A DNA stretch of 63,899 nt, counting the filler, from Squatina squatina (Eukaryota): the NCBI GenBank assembly GCA_031763465.1. It is 4 parts of 3 records of this genome, joined end to end, with 100 filler letters (N's around TTAATTAATTAA, not from the genome) between each part and the next. Parts side by side here need not be neighbours in the genome. Positions count along the whole stretch, not along the records: positions 1 to 14,225 come from JARFOE010000168.1; positions 14,326 to 33,219 come from JARFOE010000176.1; 2 more parts are not named here. One strand, written 5' to 3'. The translations under genes were made by a program, and so were the position numbers. Shown piece after piece: positions 11,621 to 24,670 of the stretch (position 1 is its first letter; every line of letters starts with the position of its first letter). The notes under the pieces are model-generated. The model was not told the DNA's origin. It was given only the letters and a program-made list of their open reading frames with translations, and ran no database searches.

Positions 11621-11962
11621 AAAATGGCCCAAATATCTTTTTTTTTTTAAAAAGTAAAAAGATTTGCTTTTGTCAGCAATGACATACAGCAGGTCAGAAG
11701 AGATAAGAAAAGATATAGAATCTTTTTGAAGAGCTGCACCTTTTGCCCTGCCCATTTACTACTTGTAAAGAATAACCTCTGTAAAGTAAACGTGGGGGGC
11801 ATCATTCTCCTTAAGACACAAAAGTGTAACTTCTTCATCTCTTAGAAAAGATTTGGTGTACAAAAACACAAAAAGAACCAGTCTGTGTCAAGGTCACAAC
11901 CCACTGGACAATGACCCAGACTGGTTATTCCCACTGTGAACGCAGCTGTCTTTCTCAGCTCT

Positions 11963-12303
11963 CTATTCTCCACTTTTCTGTTCCTCGACAGTTCCTTTTG
12001 CACTTGTGACAGATATTTCCAGTTCCTGCTCATTTTCTGCAGCTTTGCTCTTGGGTTCCTTTTCTTCCGGGGGCTCTTTCGAACCTTCGCAGCCATCATT
12101 CTCAGAGGGAAGAGAACAGGCATTTTTTTTCCCTTTTTCCTCAATGTCATTCTTTGCCACTTCTTGCAGGTTGTATTTACGGAAAAGTATATAGTCCTGA
12201 ACGACGCTTACACAGCAGACGCCTTTGATTATTTCCACGATAATGGTATACTCAGGGTTATTAAGGTCCACTTTGTTTTCAGCATTCAAATTTATTACTA
12301 CCC
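11963..12303 (-). CDS. THUMPD1: THUMP domain-containing protein 1, last coding exon
   Basis: Acceptor ttttcag at 12304-12305; (G)VVINLNAENKVDLNNPEYTIIVEIIKGVCCVSVVQDYILFRKYNLQEV matches the recalled THUMPD1 C-terminal THUMP domain; acidic tail then TAG; phase 1 agrees with the upstream exon. Confidence 0.95.
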
Positions 12304-14116
12304 CTGAAAAAAGTTACAAGCTGAGTCAGTATATCTTCCAAATACACAAGAAAAACAGTAAACAAGAGCTTCCCCAAAAGGTACATCTGGTAAATTAAGG
12401 AATATGAACATATTTCAGTTTTACCTAGCAACAATTGTACCGTCACACAGTAAACTATTCTGCTTGTTTACAGCAAGTCTAANNNNNNNNNNNNNNNNNN
12501 NNNNNNNNNNNNNNNNNNNNNNNNNNNNNNNNNNNNNNNNNNNNNNNNNNNNNNNNNNNNNNNNNNNNNNNNNNNNNNNNNNNNNNNNNNNNNNNNNNNN
12601 NNNNNNNNNNNNNNNNNNNNNNNNNNNNNNNNNNNNNNNNNNNNNNNNNNNNNNNNNNNNNNNNNNNNNNNNNNNNNNNNNNNNNNNNNNNNNNNNNNNN
12701 NNNNNNNNNNNNNNNNNNNNNNNNNNNNNNNNNNNNNNNNNNNNNNNNNNNNNNNNNNNNNNNNNNNNNNNNNNNNNNNNNNNNNNNNNNNNNNNNNNNN
12801 NNNNNNNNNNNNNNNNNNNNNNNNNNNNNNNNNNNNNNNNNNNNNNNNNNNNNNNNNNNNNNNNNNNNNNNNNNNNNNNNNNNNNNNNNNNNNNNNNNNN
12901 NNNNNNNNNNNNNNNNNNNNNNNNNNNNNNNNNNNNNNNNNNNNNNNNNNNNNNNNNNNNNNNNNNNNNNNNNNNNNNNNNNNNNNNNNNNNNNNNNNNN
13001 NNNNNNNNNNNNNNNNNNNNNNNNNNNNNNNNNNNNNNNNNNNNNNNNNNNNNNNNNNNNNNNNNNNNNNNNNNNNNNNNNNNNNNNNNNNNNNNNNNNN
13101 NNNNNNNNNNNNNNNNNNNNNNNNNNNNNNNNNNNNNNNNNNNNNNNNNNNNNNNNNNNNNNNNNNNNNNNNNNNNNNNNNNNNNNNNNNNNNNNNNNNN
13201 NNNNNNNNNNNNNNNNNNNNNNNNNNNNNNNNNNNNNNNNNNNNNNNNNNNNNNNNNNNNNNNNNNNNNNNNNNNNNNNNNNNNNNNNNNNNNNNNNNNN
13301 NNNNNNNNNNNNNNNNNNNNNNNNNNNNNNNNNNNNNNNNNNNNNNNNNNNNNNNNNNNNNNNNNNNNNNNNNNNNNNNNNNNNNNNNNNNNNNNNNNNN
13401 NNNNNNNNNNNNNNNNNNNNNNNNNNNNNNNNNNNNNNNNNNNNNNNNNNNNNNNATTTTACTTCACTTCAAACTTTTATTGCTCTGCAATGGCATAAAC
13501 AACTGCTATGGCAACAGCTTTCCAAATTAATTTAGGACTGGGTTTAATTAAAATATATATTGCATCAATATAATAAATTCCAGGCAACACTGCTGCTCTC
13601 CATCTCTCCAAATGTATTCAGTGCTATTAAAATGGAAAATATTCAGGGTGATGTTAAACGTTAGCACACATTGATCTTCAGCCCTACCAAGCTGAAATGG
13701 ATGCAGGCTTGAGTCGCACTCCACTCAGTTGCTGATACGAGCTACGCTATGGTCTACCCGAGGGGGTAGGAAAAACACAAAGGAAAGCCGAGGTGGCCCC
13801 AAGCAAGTACTGGCAGAGGATTGGGAGGGGGTGAGCACTGGCAGGGCTTGGAAGTAGGCTGTGTGGCTGCCTTCTTGGCTATAAAGTGTCAGGTCAAGCA
13901 GACAATGAAAGCAGAAACATTTACATGAAAAGACAGTCGGAGGAAGTTATCCAGAAAAATGTTACGGGGGAAGTTTTTTAAAAAAAAAATTAAAAATATT
14001 CAAAAACCAAGTCTTCTCACATAAAGAAAGCCCACAGCTTGTCTACAACATCCACAGCTATCTTTCATCCACATATAAAGCCAACACCTTTATTACATAG
14101 AAAACTTGGTATCTAC

Positions 14117-14225
14117 CTGCCAGAGCCTTGATGACATCATCTCTGCTCATGTGACTATTATTCCTGGCTTTGTAAACAATCTGGAAAGTAGCCTTTTTAG
14201 GAACTTTGAACCAGGGCTCCAGGAA
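14117..14225 (-). CDS. THUMPD1: THUMPD1 penultimate coding exon (5'-truncated by scaffold end)
   Basis: FLEPWFKVPKKATFQIVYKARNNSHMSRDDVIKALA-G then GTAGAT donor; splices in frame to the exon at 12303; not in the ORF track. Confidence 0.95.
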
Positions 14226-14325
14226 NNNNNNNNNNNNNNNNNNNNNNNNNNNNNNNNNNNNNNNNNNNNTTAATTAATTAANNNNNNNNNNNNNNNNNNN
14301 NNNNNNNNNNNNNNNNNNNNNNNNN
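14226..14325. other. Artificial scaffold linker (44N + TTAATTAATTAA + 44N)
   Basis: Six-frame-stop 12-mer at 14270-14281 centred in a 100-nt spacer; identical layout at 33264 and 51272. Confidence 0.95.
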
Positions 14326-15451
14326 CCCACTTCCATCTTTTAAGTTCTTGATCTTCTGCTCCCCTCTGTCCTTCTCCCATTCCCCCAAGTCAGGCTCCCG
14401 GTTTCCCGCTCGCTATCTGTACAAAGCAGTGGCAGAGTGTCGAACTGCCAACATGCTTGAAAATCAAATTTCCTGCTCTCTGGGAGTCACAGTGACTGAC
14501 AGAGCATCTTCTGTGTGAGCCATAGATTTATTTTCATGGTTTCTTTGGCTATAAAGTACAAGGTTGTCTTAAATGTGGGTCACCTTTACATGATTATATA
14601 CGGTAACCTTGGTATCAAGGTTGGATCCGTCCTATTTGCATTTTCAGCTCAACCTCCCAGGCTTCAATATTTCTCACTCTGACTCGTTTATGATGTTATA
14701 AAATGTTTGTCATAATTTGATGTTCAATATGGCTGTGGTTAGTTGCTAATGGAATTTGAGAATGATATTGTGGATAGGAGATACCTCACTGCAAAATTAC
14801 CCAACATAAAAATCATGGGAGATGGATGATTGGAAGGGGATAAAGGGAGGCGAGCCCACCAGAGAATCTAAAACAAGACTGACCTACTTTAAAATCATCC
14901 AGAACATTTACTAAACTCCCTCTGGGACATTCACTGCTGGCTTGTCCAAAGACAAATTGAGTTGGAAGTGTNNNNNNNNNNNNNNNNNNNNNNNNNNNNN
15001 NNNNNNNNNNNNNNNNNNNNNNNNNNNNNNNNNNNNNNNNNNNNNNNNNNNNNNNNNNNNNNNNNNNNNNNCTCTATCCCCACTGTGCCATTCCAGCCTT
15101 AACTAATGTCCCATCCCGCAACCCAAAAGCAGCTTGCACGACTGTGCAAACATACATAATCAGACAATCAATGCCATCCTGTAAATGCTATGTTGAGAAT
15201 ATACACCACAACCAGAGCAATTCAAAAAACCAGCGGTCGATATTTCTCTTCCATGCTCTAATGAGTGGCTTCGTAAAATAAAACTTTAATAAAGCCATTA
15301 AGCAGATGCGTTAACTACTGCACTAAAACAGCAGGCCAAGCAGATTTGACACAACAATGCTGAACAATGCACTAGCGGGGAAAATTAAAGCTTTAAACAG
15401 CAGATCAAAGCTTGATGTGTTTGTTTTTAATATATTTTAAACGGGTTAACG

Positions 15452-15871
15452 CTCTAGATTCGACTATTGCAAAGCTCTCCTGGTCAGCCTCCCACCTTGA
15501 ACCCTCCGTAAGCTTGAGCTCATCCCAAACTCTGCTGTTCATGTGCTAACTCGCACACCGGTCCCACAGCTCGCCCTGTGCTCGCTGACCTACATTAGTT
15601 CCAGGTCCAGCAAAGCCTGAATTTCAAAAATCTGACCTTTGTGTTCAAGTCCCTCCATGGCCTCACCCCTCCCTATCTCTGGAGTCTCCTCCAGCCCTAC
15701 AACCCCCCGAGATATCTGGCCCCTTTGCGCATCGGTGATTTTAATCGCCCCACCATTAGTGGCCGTGCCTTCTGTTGCCTGGGCCCGAAGCTCTGGAATT
15801 GTCTCCCTGAACCTCTCCGTCTCTCTACCTCACTCTCCTCCTTTAAGATGCTCCTGAAAACTGACCTCTTT
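15452..15871 (+). mobile_element. L2-clade LINE ORF2 3' fragment
   Basis: SRFDYCKALLVSLP..LELIPNSA..FKSLHGLTPPYL..GGRAF-like..LWNCLPEPLR..SFKMLLKTDLF, typical of the L2 C-terminus. Confidence 0.85.
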
Positions 15872-16639
15872 NNNNNNNNNNNNNNNNNNNNNNNNNNNNN
15901 NNNNNNNNNNNNNNNNNNNNNNNNNNNNNNNNNNNNNNNNNNNNNNNNNNNNNNNNNNNNNNNNNNNNNNNGCCGAGTAGCTATTGTCTTGAGATGAAGG
16001 GACGATGACAAAATTACAAAGCCAATGGATCTCCATTGCTGATTTAAGAACCGTAAAACTATGCGACGTGGAAGAGATGGCAAGCTTTAATCTGAGAGCC
16101 ATAATAGAACCACATTCCATTGGTCCAATTAACGGGGATGGGTGGAGGGGGAGGCTTGCATTTAAGTAGCAAGAATTTGGTTGTTACCTTCTTAAGCATA
16201 ATTAAAGGATTATGGCTGTTACTGCTGGGCTTACCACTGAATAATATGTTCAAGCATTCATTAAAATGCCCATTAAGAATCAGATGAAATGTCCTATTTC
16301 AGTGTGAGTCCCCAAGAAAAGGAGCGGTATAAAAAAAAAAGCCTGAATTTGAAGGCTGGCTCTCCCTTGACCTTTACAGCCAGATTCCCGCTCTGCAGTG
16401 GAACAATGAGAAGCAGTGATGCCGTGAAACTGCCTCCATTATATCGAGATCCGGTTACTGCTGAAGATTGGGAATGCACAATAAACAGAAGGAAGCCGAT
16501 TGTTTTTTTTCCCCCCGTTACAAATTAGGATCAGCTCAACCGTTTGCCTTTTTTTTTCATATGACACATAAGCAGGGATTGTTTAAAGGGTGAGGGACCA
16601 GTATCCCTCCAAACGACAATTTTCAGATAGTAAGTTCCT

Positions 16640-16835
16640 CATGTAATAACTGATCTGGAACGCACTGCCTGAAAGGGATGCAGATTCAATAATAACCTTC
16701 GAAAGGGAATTGGATAAATATTCGATGGGAAAAATGTTCAGGGCTTTTAGGAAAGAGCAAGGGGAGTGGGACTGATTGGGTAGCTCAGGCACAGGCACTG
16801 GCACAATGGACTGAATGGCCTCCTTCTGTGCTGCA
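16640..16835 (+). mobile_element. CR1-type LINE 3' end
   Basis: tggaacgcactgcctgaaaggg...ggactgaatggcctccttctgtgctg; paralogous to 10008-10301. Confidence 0.85.
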
Positions 16836-17317
16836 GGACAAAACAGCAAGTAATAAATGAATACAAATAAGATGAGTTGCCTGGGTTTCAAATGGCAGAT
16901 TTCATGTGCGCCCTATGGGACAGTTTGGTTATTCCTACCTGAAGGAATGGAAACGGGAGAGAGGGAGAGAAAGGCCAATACACATGAAATTGTTGTTTTC
17001 GGTTGCAATTATGAATCTGCTTTGGCTCCAGGCAAATTCCCATTCACTTACTTGTTGGCCACACGAACAGCATCATAAGCACATCGGAGATCCTCCTCAG
17101 ACATTTTATTTCCATCTTTAGGTAATCCAAACAGGTCGGCCATACTAGCCTGTAAACAGAAAATACTTCATTAACTATAGAATGTGTAGCTGATTTAGGC
17201 AATTGAAAAGAACTGCAAAAAAAGGCAACAGCTTTTTAAACTACTATGGCATGTTGGTTTAAGCCTCAACTAACCAACAAAACTGATTTATCCCATCAAG
17301 TTATGGACTTGCAAGGT

Positions 17318-17625
17318 AAAATAGGTGCAGGAGTAGGCCATTCGGCCCTTCGAGCCTGCACCGCCATTCAACACGATCATGGCTGATTTTTCAANNNNNN
17401 NNNNNNNNNNNNNNNNNNNNNNNNNNNNNNNNNNNNNNNNNNNNNNNNNNNNNNNNNNNNNNNNNNNNNNNNNNNNNNNNNNNNNNNNNNNNNNAAATCT
17501 GTGTCCCCTGGTTCTCGACCCTTCTGCCAACGGGAACAGTTTCTCTCTTATCTGCTCTGTCTGGACCCCTCACGATTTTGAACTTCTATCAAATCTCCTC
17601 TCAACCTCCTCTGCTCTAAGGAGAA
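17318..17625 (-). mobile_element. CR1-type LINE 3' fragments either side of a gap
   Basis: Tail aaataggtgcaggagtaggccattcggcccttcgag; after the gap, TRGHRF motif on the minus strand. Confidence 0.75.
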
Positions 17626-19097
17626 TTATTGGGTGGAGGCATCAACCTCACAGTATACGGGCTGATCATGTACAAAACCAGGCAGTCCAGAGAGACGGAA
17701 GTAAACCTGAACCTGTCAGCAGTTTACGGGACTAATTTTTCAAGTCGACTCTGGCGGTGACGAACCTTGCCCACCCCGTGAAAATCGTAGCGAGCCGGTT
17801 AAGTTCAGCGACAGACGGTAAACTGCAGGCAGCACTCTGTGATTTTCTGGCTGTCTATTGAAAGCCCTGCTTTTTCAAGCACCATTCTAATGCAAAAATC
17901 TGTCACTTTTGCCGTGGGCTTTGATATTTCCCACTGCCTGACATAAATCAGACATTAGATTGAAAGAGACTTCTGATTAATGTTTCAGCAAATGTAAATA
18001 AAGCTTTTTACTGCATTTAAACCACGTCACAGGAGTAGTCATTAGAATTGTATTAAATTCATGAATTTCTTATGAATTTATTTTACAGTCTAAATTTTTT
18101 ATGCGGCTGTTAAATGTATGCTTTGAATATGTTTCATNNNNNNNNNNNNNNNNNNNNNNNNNNNNNNNNNNNNNNNNNNNNNNNNNNNNNNNNNNNNNNN
18201 NNNNNNNNNNNNNNNNNNNNNNNNNNNNNNNNNNNNNTAGGCCCTCTATAATCTCCTGAGAGAGGCATAAAACAGGAAAAAAAAACCAGAGTCAATAAGG
18301 GAAAAAGCGCTCCAAACAATTCCTCTCTGACCCCCTCAGACGATCAAAACCATGCCTGATGCTAATGAGGGGCCAATCTGTAGCTCAATCCCTGAAAAAT
18401 GGGCACTGTGCGATCCAATTTCTAGGTTAATTTCTGTCTTGCTTTGCTGCTTCTGTTGGGCCCAGCTAATGATGGGTTTATACTCAGTACAGTAGGTGTA
18501 GAATATCATGTTGAGGATTTCTCACTGTTGAGCTATGGCAGTTCCTGCATAAGTACAGGAGCCTCATGAATGATGAGCAGCACTGGTGTAAGAGAGCTGT
18601 GATATTTTCATTCAAACTCCTTGTCATTGAGGAGATGTTATGCTTGTTTGGACAGCATGACTCCTGGCAGTACATCTTGACATGAATTCTCAAGTCTTAT
18701 TTTATATGCTTGACTGATCATTTTCTCGCTTCATAAAAAAAAAAATCTGTGAAATAACAATCCTGTGAGCGGTGAAAACGTCCAATCATGGACACGGAAT
18801 AGAATTAAATCATTTTAGAAAGGGCAAAGTAAACTGCTACCCACAAGATACCAGTCAGTAAACAGCAACACAGATTAGCTGGCCATGAATTTTGCATCAC
18901 AGGATAAAATGTGCAAGGTCTTTCGAGGTCAACTTGGCTCTAAGATGACAAGCCTGGGAATGGGAGATTGGAACTCGGTTCATTCTCCGTGGCAGGCTCA
19001 GTAATCCAACACCTGAGCTGGGCAGCTCTGTAGCAATTGGAGGGTAGCTGATAGCAAATTGAATATATTCCCATAGACCGAGGACAGTTATTAATAG

Positions 19098-19410
19098 TAC
19101 ATAGGAACAGGAGGAGGTCATTCAGCCCCCTGAGCCTGTTTCGCCATGGATGACCTGCTCCTCAACCCAATTCACCCACCTTTGCTCCATATTCTTGGAT
19201 AGCCTTACCCAACAAAAGTCTTTTGAACTCAGTTTTGAAAGCTTTGTCCTTCCCCCAGCATCCAGAACCTTTTGGGGGAGAAGTCCATTACTCTTTGTGT
19301 GAAGAAGTGATTTCACTCCGATATGGCCTCGTTCTGATTTTAGAAACATAGAAACATAGAAAATAGGTGCAGGAGTAGGCCATTAGGCCCTTCGAGCCTG
19401 CACCGCCATT
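19098..19410 (-). mobile_element. Two adjacent CR1 3' ends (an older copy, then a younger copy with (catagaaa)n tail)
   Basis: acataggaacaggaggaggtcattcagccccctgagcctg... followed at 19341 by tagaaacatagaaacatagaaaataggtgcaggagtaggcc. Confidence 0.8.
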
Positions 19411-21009
19411 NNNNNNNNNNNNNNNNNNNNNNNNNNNNNNNNNNNNNNNNNNNNNNNNNNNNNNNNNNNNNNNNNNNNNNNNNNNNNNNNNNNNNNNNNN
19501 NNNNNNNNNNATCTTGCGCTGATATCTGGATGGAAACATGTGGAAAATCCAGGCCCATGTCTCCAAGTCAGCTGGCTTCCAAGGATTAATTTAATGAATT
19601 TCCAATCCTGGTGCTGAACTTTGACCACCGGGAGTGCACATCGGCAATTTGGGTGCTTAGGTCAGCTGTCACTGGCGAATTTTGCATCCGTTAAAATTAA
19701 TGGACAGAAAGTCCTGTGTGGCTAGCTGATCTCTGCAGCCGAATTCCTGATGTACATACCCAGGGGGCAAAGCTCCACACCAGAATGCAAGATTGTAAAA
19801 TTTACCCTTTAATCTTGGGAATTAATTATTAGCCAATTTATGCTAAACCTTTCTTTGCATGGAGGTTTAAAATTCCCAGTGTGTGCCTTAAATTGTATAA
19901 GTTATTGTTACCTATACCATGATTGGAGTGTTGTTGTTGTAGTTATAATATGCATCCTCCCTTACTCCTGACATTATCACTAAAGTTTATTAAAGGAAGC
20001 AATGCTCATTTAATTTTGCCTGAGAGCAATGTCACAGTAGATCAACAATTTTAATGGATCATTTTTGCATTAAAATCTTTCCAATTTGTATCTGACACAT
20101 TGCGGTAGTAAAATGTAGTTGTATCGTCTCTGGAGATGTCAACTTAGAAAAAAAAAGCTCAATTTTACAGACAGATGCTCTCCCTGCTTGTCAGCGAGAA
20201 GCAACAAACATGGCAGTGATTTACTGCTGATTTTATCAGAGCGTTAAAAAAAAAGTCTCTCCAGACAAACTGAGCTACTGACCAAATATGACACGTCCCT
20301 GACATTTTGCTTCAGCTCTTCAGATAACCATTCAGGGAAACAAAGCGAGCTGTGATGCCAAGAAAAGAAATTTATAAAGAGCCTGGTCCGTCCTTCCCTT
20401 GTCATTCTTACTCCTTTTGAAGCAACTTTTTTTCTTTCTGTGGAAGCCTGCGCTAACTACTCAACCTCCAGCCCGCATTCTTATGTATTTTCTTTTTGTT
20501 TTAAAAAGCAGCTGTGCTGTTTTAGCTGTCAAAAAAACAGGGGAGATGTTTTCCCGTCTGCTGCAATAATTCCCTCTTTTTTTATTCCTCGCCGACCGGT
20601 GAAAAGTAATGAGATGCCCAACAAAACGCCTACCCGGCGAGACCATTTATCATCCGCTTTCCAATTTCGCACCAAATGGGACTGTATGAGAAGCCATTGT
20701 CTGCCTTGTTACTGGAGTGCACTTAAATGCCATTGCACGTCATTGGAAGTGAGCGTGGTGATATCGTATTGTGCAGCTTTTCGCACTAATTATCCTTTAA
20801 ACTCCTGACAGTGAGAGACGCAAACCTTTTAGTTTATTAATAACAGCAATGAAAATCATTTCACCCACAAAATTAAACAAGCCGAATAAGGTTTCAAGGT
20901 GCCCTTCATTAGCAGACAATATCCTCGCTTTGTAATTACTTAGAACCATTGATTTGAGGTGGTTAACAGGGTTGAATGTTGCGTGAACATCTCTTTGCAA
21001 TATTCAAAT

Positions 21010-21164
21010 GTTGAAGGCTCTCCCTTCTGACCTGTCTCCCTGTCTCTGTAACCTCCTCCAGCTCTACAACTCTCCTAGATCTCTGCGCTCGCTCGTCCAA
21101 TTCTGGCCTCATGCGCATCCCCGATATTCATCGCTCCACCATTGGCGGCCGTGCCTTCAGCTGC
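21010..21164 (+). mobile_element. L2-clade LINE 3' fragment
   Basis: tctctgtaacctcctccagctctacaac...ccaccattggcggccgtgccttcagctgc, paralogous to 15670-15780. Confidence 0.8.
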
Positions 21165-21919
21165 NNNNNNNNNNNNNNNNNNNNNNNNNNNNNNNNNNNN
21201 NNNNNNNNNNNNNNNNNNNNNNNNNNNNNNNNNNNNNNNNNNNNNNNNNNNNNNNNNNNNNNNNAAGGAAATTGAGTCTTGGATGGGTTTCTTTCTGGAC
21301 TTAAGTTGACTGCTAAGTTGGGTTAAAAATTCCATCTCAGACGATTTGGGAGACACTCCTCCACAGATCAAGAAGGGAGGATCACAGAATTATGTTCAGG
21401 CATTCCAGTAATTTTGTTTTTCCCATTTGTGTTTGTTGGTAGTGTTTGAAGCATTCAGCATCTATCTCTGTTAAAAGGTGAATCATTTATTTTTAATAAA
21501 GCCCGAAACCTGACCTTGCTAACAATGTCAATAAGCTTGACTTCATAGCAAGGAAATGCTTGAGAGAATTACAGGGGATGCAGTTAATGATCACTTAGTA
21601 AGAATGCAAGTTGTCATGCACAGCTAGTTTAGCTTCAGGTGTAAAACAATCACAGCCCACAGAGTGGCTTCCTTGAGAATGCAACTAAGCTGCTTAGACA
21701 TTTAGCGAACGTCTCCACTGGCAGAAAGCATTCGACAGTGGGACAACAAAGAACGACTGGTGCAGGCAAGAGATTATAGGGTGAATCTTTGTCTTCACTA
21801 CATGGGCATTAATCATTGCCTGGGTAGCGTGGAGAAAAGAAAGGCTTGCAAGGGAGGGAAGCACAATGGTAACTGAACCTGGTGATTTTCTTTACATCCA
21901 AATTATTGGAAAAAGGCAA

Positions 21920-21993
21920 AGAAAGACTTGCATTTATATGCAAGGCCTTTCACAACCTCAGGACATCCCAAATCGCTTTACAGCCAATGAAGT
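21920..21993 (-). mobile_element. Deu-domain SINE 3' tail
   Basis: Reverse complement of the SINE tail (aaagacttgcatttatat..cctttcacaacctcaggacatcccaaa). Confidence 0.8.
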
Positions 21994-22399
21994 NNNNNNN
22001 NNNNNNNNNNNNNNNNNNNNNNNNNNNNNNNNNNNNNNNNNNNNNNNNNNNNNNNNNNNNNNNNNNNNNNNNNNNNNNNNNNNNNNNNNNNNNCCATAGC
22101 TGATCTCAGGATCTATTTATGCCAATTTTCCATGGGAGGTTTCTGGAATCAGACTGAAAAGGACAGGCCATATATGTGGCTAAGCATCAATCGGAAATGA
22201 ACTTGGGAAGAATTGAAGCCCTGGTTAATATTTTCAGCAGTTCCGCAAATCCAGGACTGCAAATGCGCTTGTGATGTTCAAAAGAATGAACAGAGATATA
22301 ATTTGTGAAATTGTAAGCCAGTTAGCTTAATACTGATTGTGCAGGAAATGCTTGAAACCATTTTACAAGGTGTGATCAATTTTGATCTGAAGAAGCTAT

Positions 22400-22680
22400 A
22401 AGGATTAGTCAGCCTGGTTTAAGAAGCAATATGTCACGCCTCACAAAACTACAAGAGTCTTTTGACAATGTCATTGAATTAGTAGACCAGGGCAGGATCT
22501 TCCAGAGAATATAATCTACAACAGTTTGAGAAAGTTCTGCATGTCTGCCTCTTAACAAAGAACAAGTCTAATGGAATTAATGGCAAATTAGCTGCCTGCA
22601 AATTGGCTTCACAGTGGAATAGGGAAGTTAAGGATGAAAAGGAAAAGGCTATTTGGAGTAGTAATTAGTGGAGTTACACT
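22400..22680 (+). mobile_element. Decayed CR1 reverse-transcriptase fragment
   Basis: SQPGLRSNMSRLTKLQESFDNVIELVDQG (cf. SQHGF..GRSCLTNL..FF..V...VD.G) through V.SGV. Confidence 0.6.
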
Positions 22681-24107
22681 GCACTTGTCTGCTCTTCAGA
22701 GCAGGTACATGATATGGAGGGGTGTATCTCTCAGAGTGTAATCCAATTATATAAAGGTACTGAGAGCATCCCACCACCTTCCAAATGTAAGGTATCTGAT
22801 AGCTAGATGGTGAAGGATAGAGCACTAGAGCCCAGTCTTTACTTACTTTACACCTTTTATATGTTGATTTTAGTGATTGATTGATTGTAGGTGACATCAC
22901 CAATAAAACACAGAAGCAAGTGCCCCCTTTTAAAGAAGCACAACCACTAAAACCAGAAATTAAACAAAATTTAAGTGCAACTTAACAAATCGAATCAGAA
23001 TTTTGTTTCCAGGGGTGATGAAGCACTCCAGTCACTCCGGTGTCCACCGGTCACAGTAGGCCTCGAGTAACCAGCGGACACCACGTGCCCCATCTCCAGG
23101 GAGACCCAGCCACGGAAGAGAGGCGGGCAGTCGGACCGAACGAACCTCTCGGCCGCNNNNNNNNNNNNNNNNNNNNNNNNNNNNNNNNNNNNNNNNNNNN
23201 NNNNNNNNNNNNNNNNNNNNNNNNNNNNNNNNNNNNNNNNNNNNNNNNNNNNNNNNGTTAAAGCCTGAGCCACTTTAATGCAAAATGCAACTCTTTAATC
23301 CTCCTTTTCATCGCCCCTTTTAAGCAGAATAAATCGTAAGAGCAACTCTGGCCATTTTGAGATATTAAAATGGCAACAGTTTAAAATAAGCAGCTTATGT
23401 AACAAAGAGCAGGGATAGTTGGAGGTTTTAGGCTGCATTAGGACGGAGATTGAACGGTTCATTCTTTTGTTTCCCATTTTTCTCACTCGACTCCGTTCAA
23501 TGGAAAAGTTCTGTTATTTTTCAATTTATTTAATTTAATGATGTAACTAGAAAAAAAATCGATGAGCCACTTCAATTCTTTTGTGTGTGTCACTCAAGTG
23601 ATATAATCCCTTGCTTTGAGTTTACTTAGGATTGAGCACGCTTGGATAAAGAAAGTCAGTGTAAGTGGGTTTTATTACTGGGGCTGAACACTAATAGGGC
23701 AGGTACACTGCACATTTGTTCTCTACGTATCGTGCGCAAGGCCTTTCTGGCCAAACTGGCATATCTTCTTGACCCTGGCTCGGGTTTCCTTTACGCAGCC
23801 ATGCTAAATTTGCCGTGCAGCGCTGGAGTCCAGCACCACCCGATTCCAGAGCCCAGGGGTGCGTGATCCCCTCCCAAACTCCTCCCCATCTCCCTCCAAC
23901 TTGACGATCGCTTGGGTTTGACACTACACAATGTATAAACTCCAGTCCAGTGACAAATCCCGTTCAAAAGCAACCTTTATAGAGCAGCCAGGGTTTTGGG
24001 AGGACTAGGACTGGGTCCTCCAACCAATGGCAGTACAGCAAGGAGGCAGGACCTCCCCTCCAGCTCAGGTGCGCTGGGGCTGGGACCGGGACCGGGACCG
24101 ATTGTGA

Positions 24108-24258
24108 TGCTGGAACAGGAGAAGCTCATTCAGCTCCTCCAGCCTGTTCTGCCCTTCAATTAGACCATGGCTGATCAGTATCTTAACTCCATCAACCAGC
24201 CCTGGTTCTGTAACCTTTGATACCCTTGCATAACAAAAATCTGTCAATCCCAGTTCGG
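24108..24258 (-). mobile_element. CR1-type LINE 3' end
   Basis: ggaacaggagaagctcattcagctcctccagcctgttctgcc.ttcaattagaccatggctgatc. Confidence 0.75.
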
Positions 24259-24358
24259 NNNNNNNNNNNNNNNNNNNNNNNNNNNNNNNNNNNNNNNNNN
24301 NNNNNNNNNNNNNNNNNNNNNNNNNNNNNNNNNNNNNNNNNNNNNNNNNNNNNNNNNN

Positions 24359-24670
24359 GGGATCTTGCTGTGTGCAAATTGGCTGCCGCATTTCTTACAT
24401 TGCAAGCTGTGACTGCACTTCAGAAGTTCTTCATTGGCTGTAAAGTGCTTTGGATCTCTTCATTAGTTTTGGATTGTCCTAGCAAAGAGACAACGGGACA
24501 AATGGCCTCCTTCTGTACTGAAAATGGCTTTTGGCCCTGTTAACTGCTATCACAGAGAGGCAGTCATTGAGCACAATAGCGGTCCATTTATCTCCCAGTT
24601 TCTGATTCTGATGTGTACTTCATTGGCTGTAAAGCGTGAAAGGTGCTATATAAATGCAAATCTTTCTTTC
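24359..24670 (+). mobile_element. Two Deu-domain SINE 3' fragments
   Basis: cttgctgtgtgcaaattggctgccgc...ttcattggctgtaaag, and a second tail at about 24615-24670. Confidence 0.75.

Noticed and set aside
12404-13498. 364-aa ORF and the other X-rich ORFs (e.g. 41999-42861)
   Set aside because: Open only because they read through N gaps.
14270-14281. Repeated TTAATTAATTAA palindrome as a regulatory or recombination site
   Set aside because: Always centred in a 44N/44N spacer, so it is an artificial linker.
24073-24100. (GGGACC)-type hexamer run with G-quadruplex potential
   Set aside because: Only four or five units inside repeat-derived GC-rich DNA; unremarkable.
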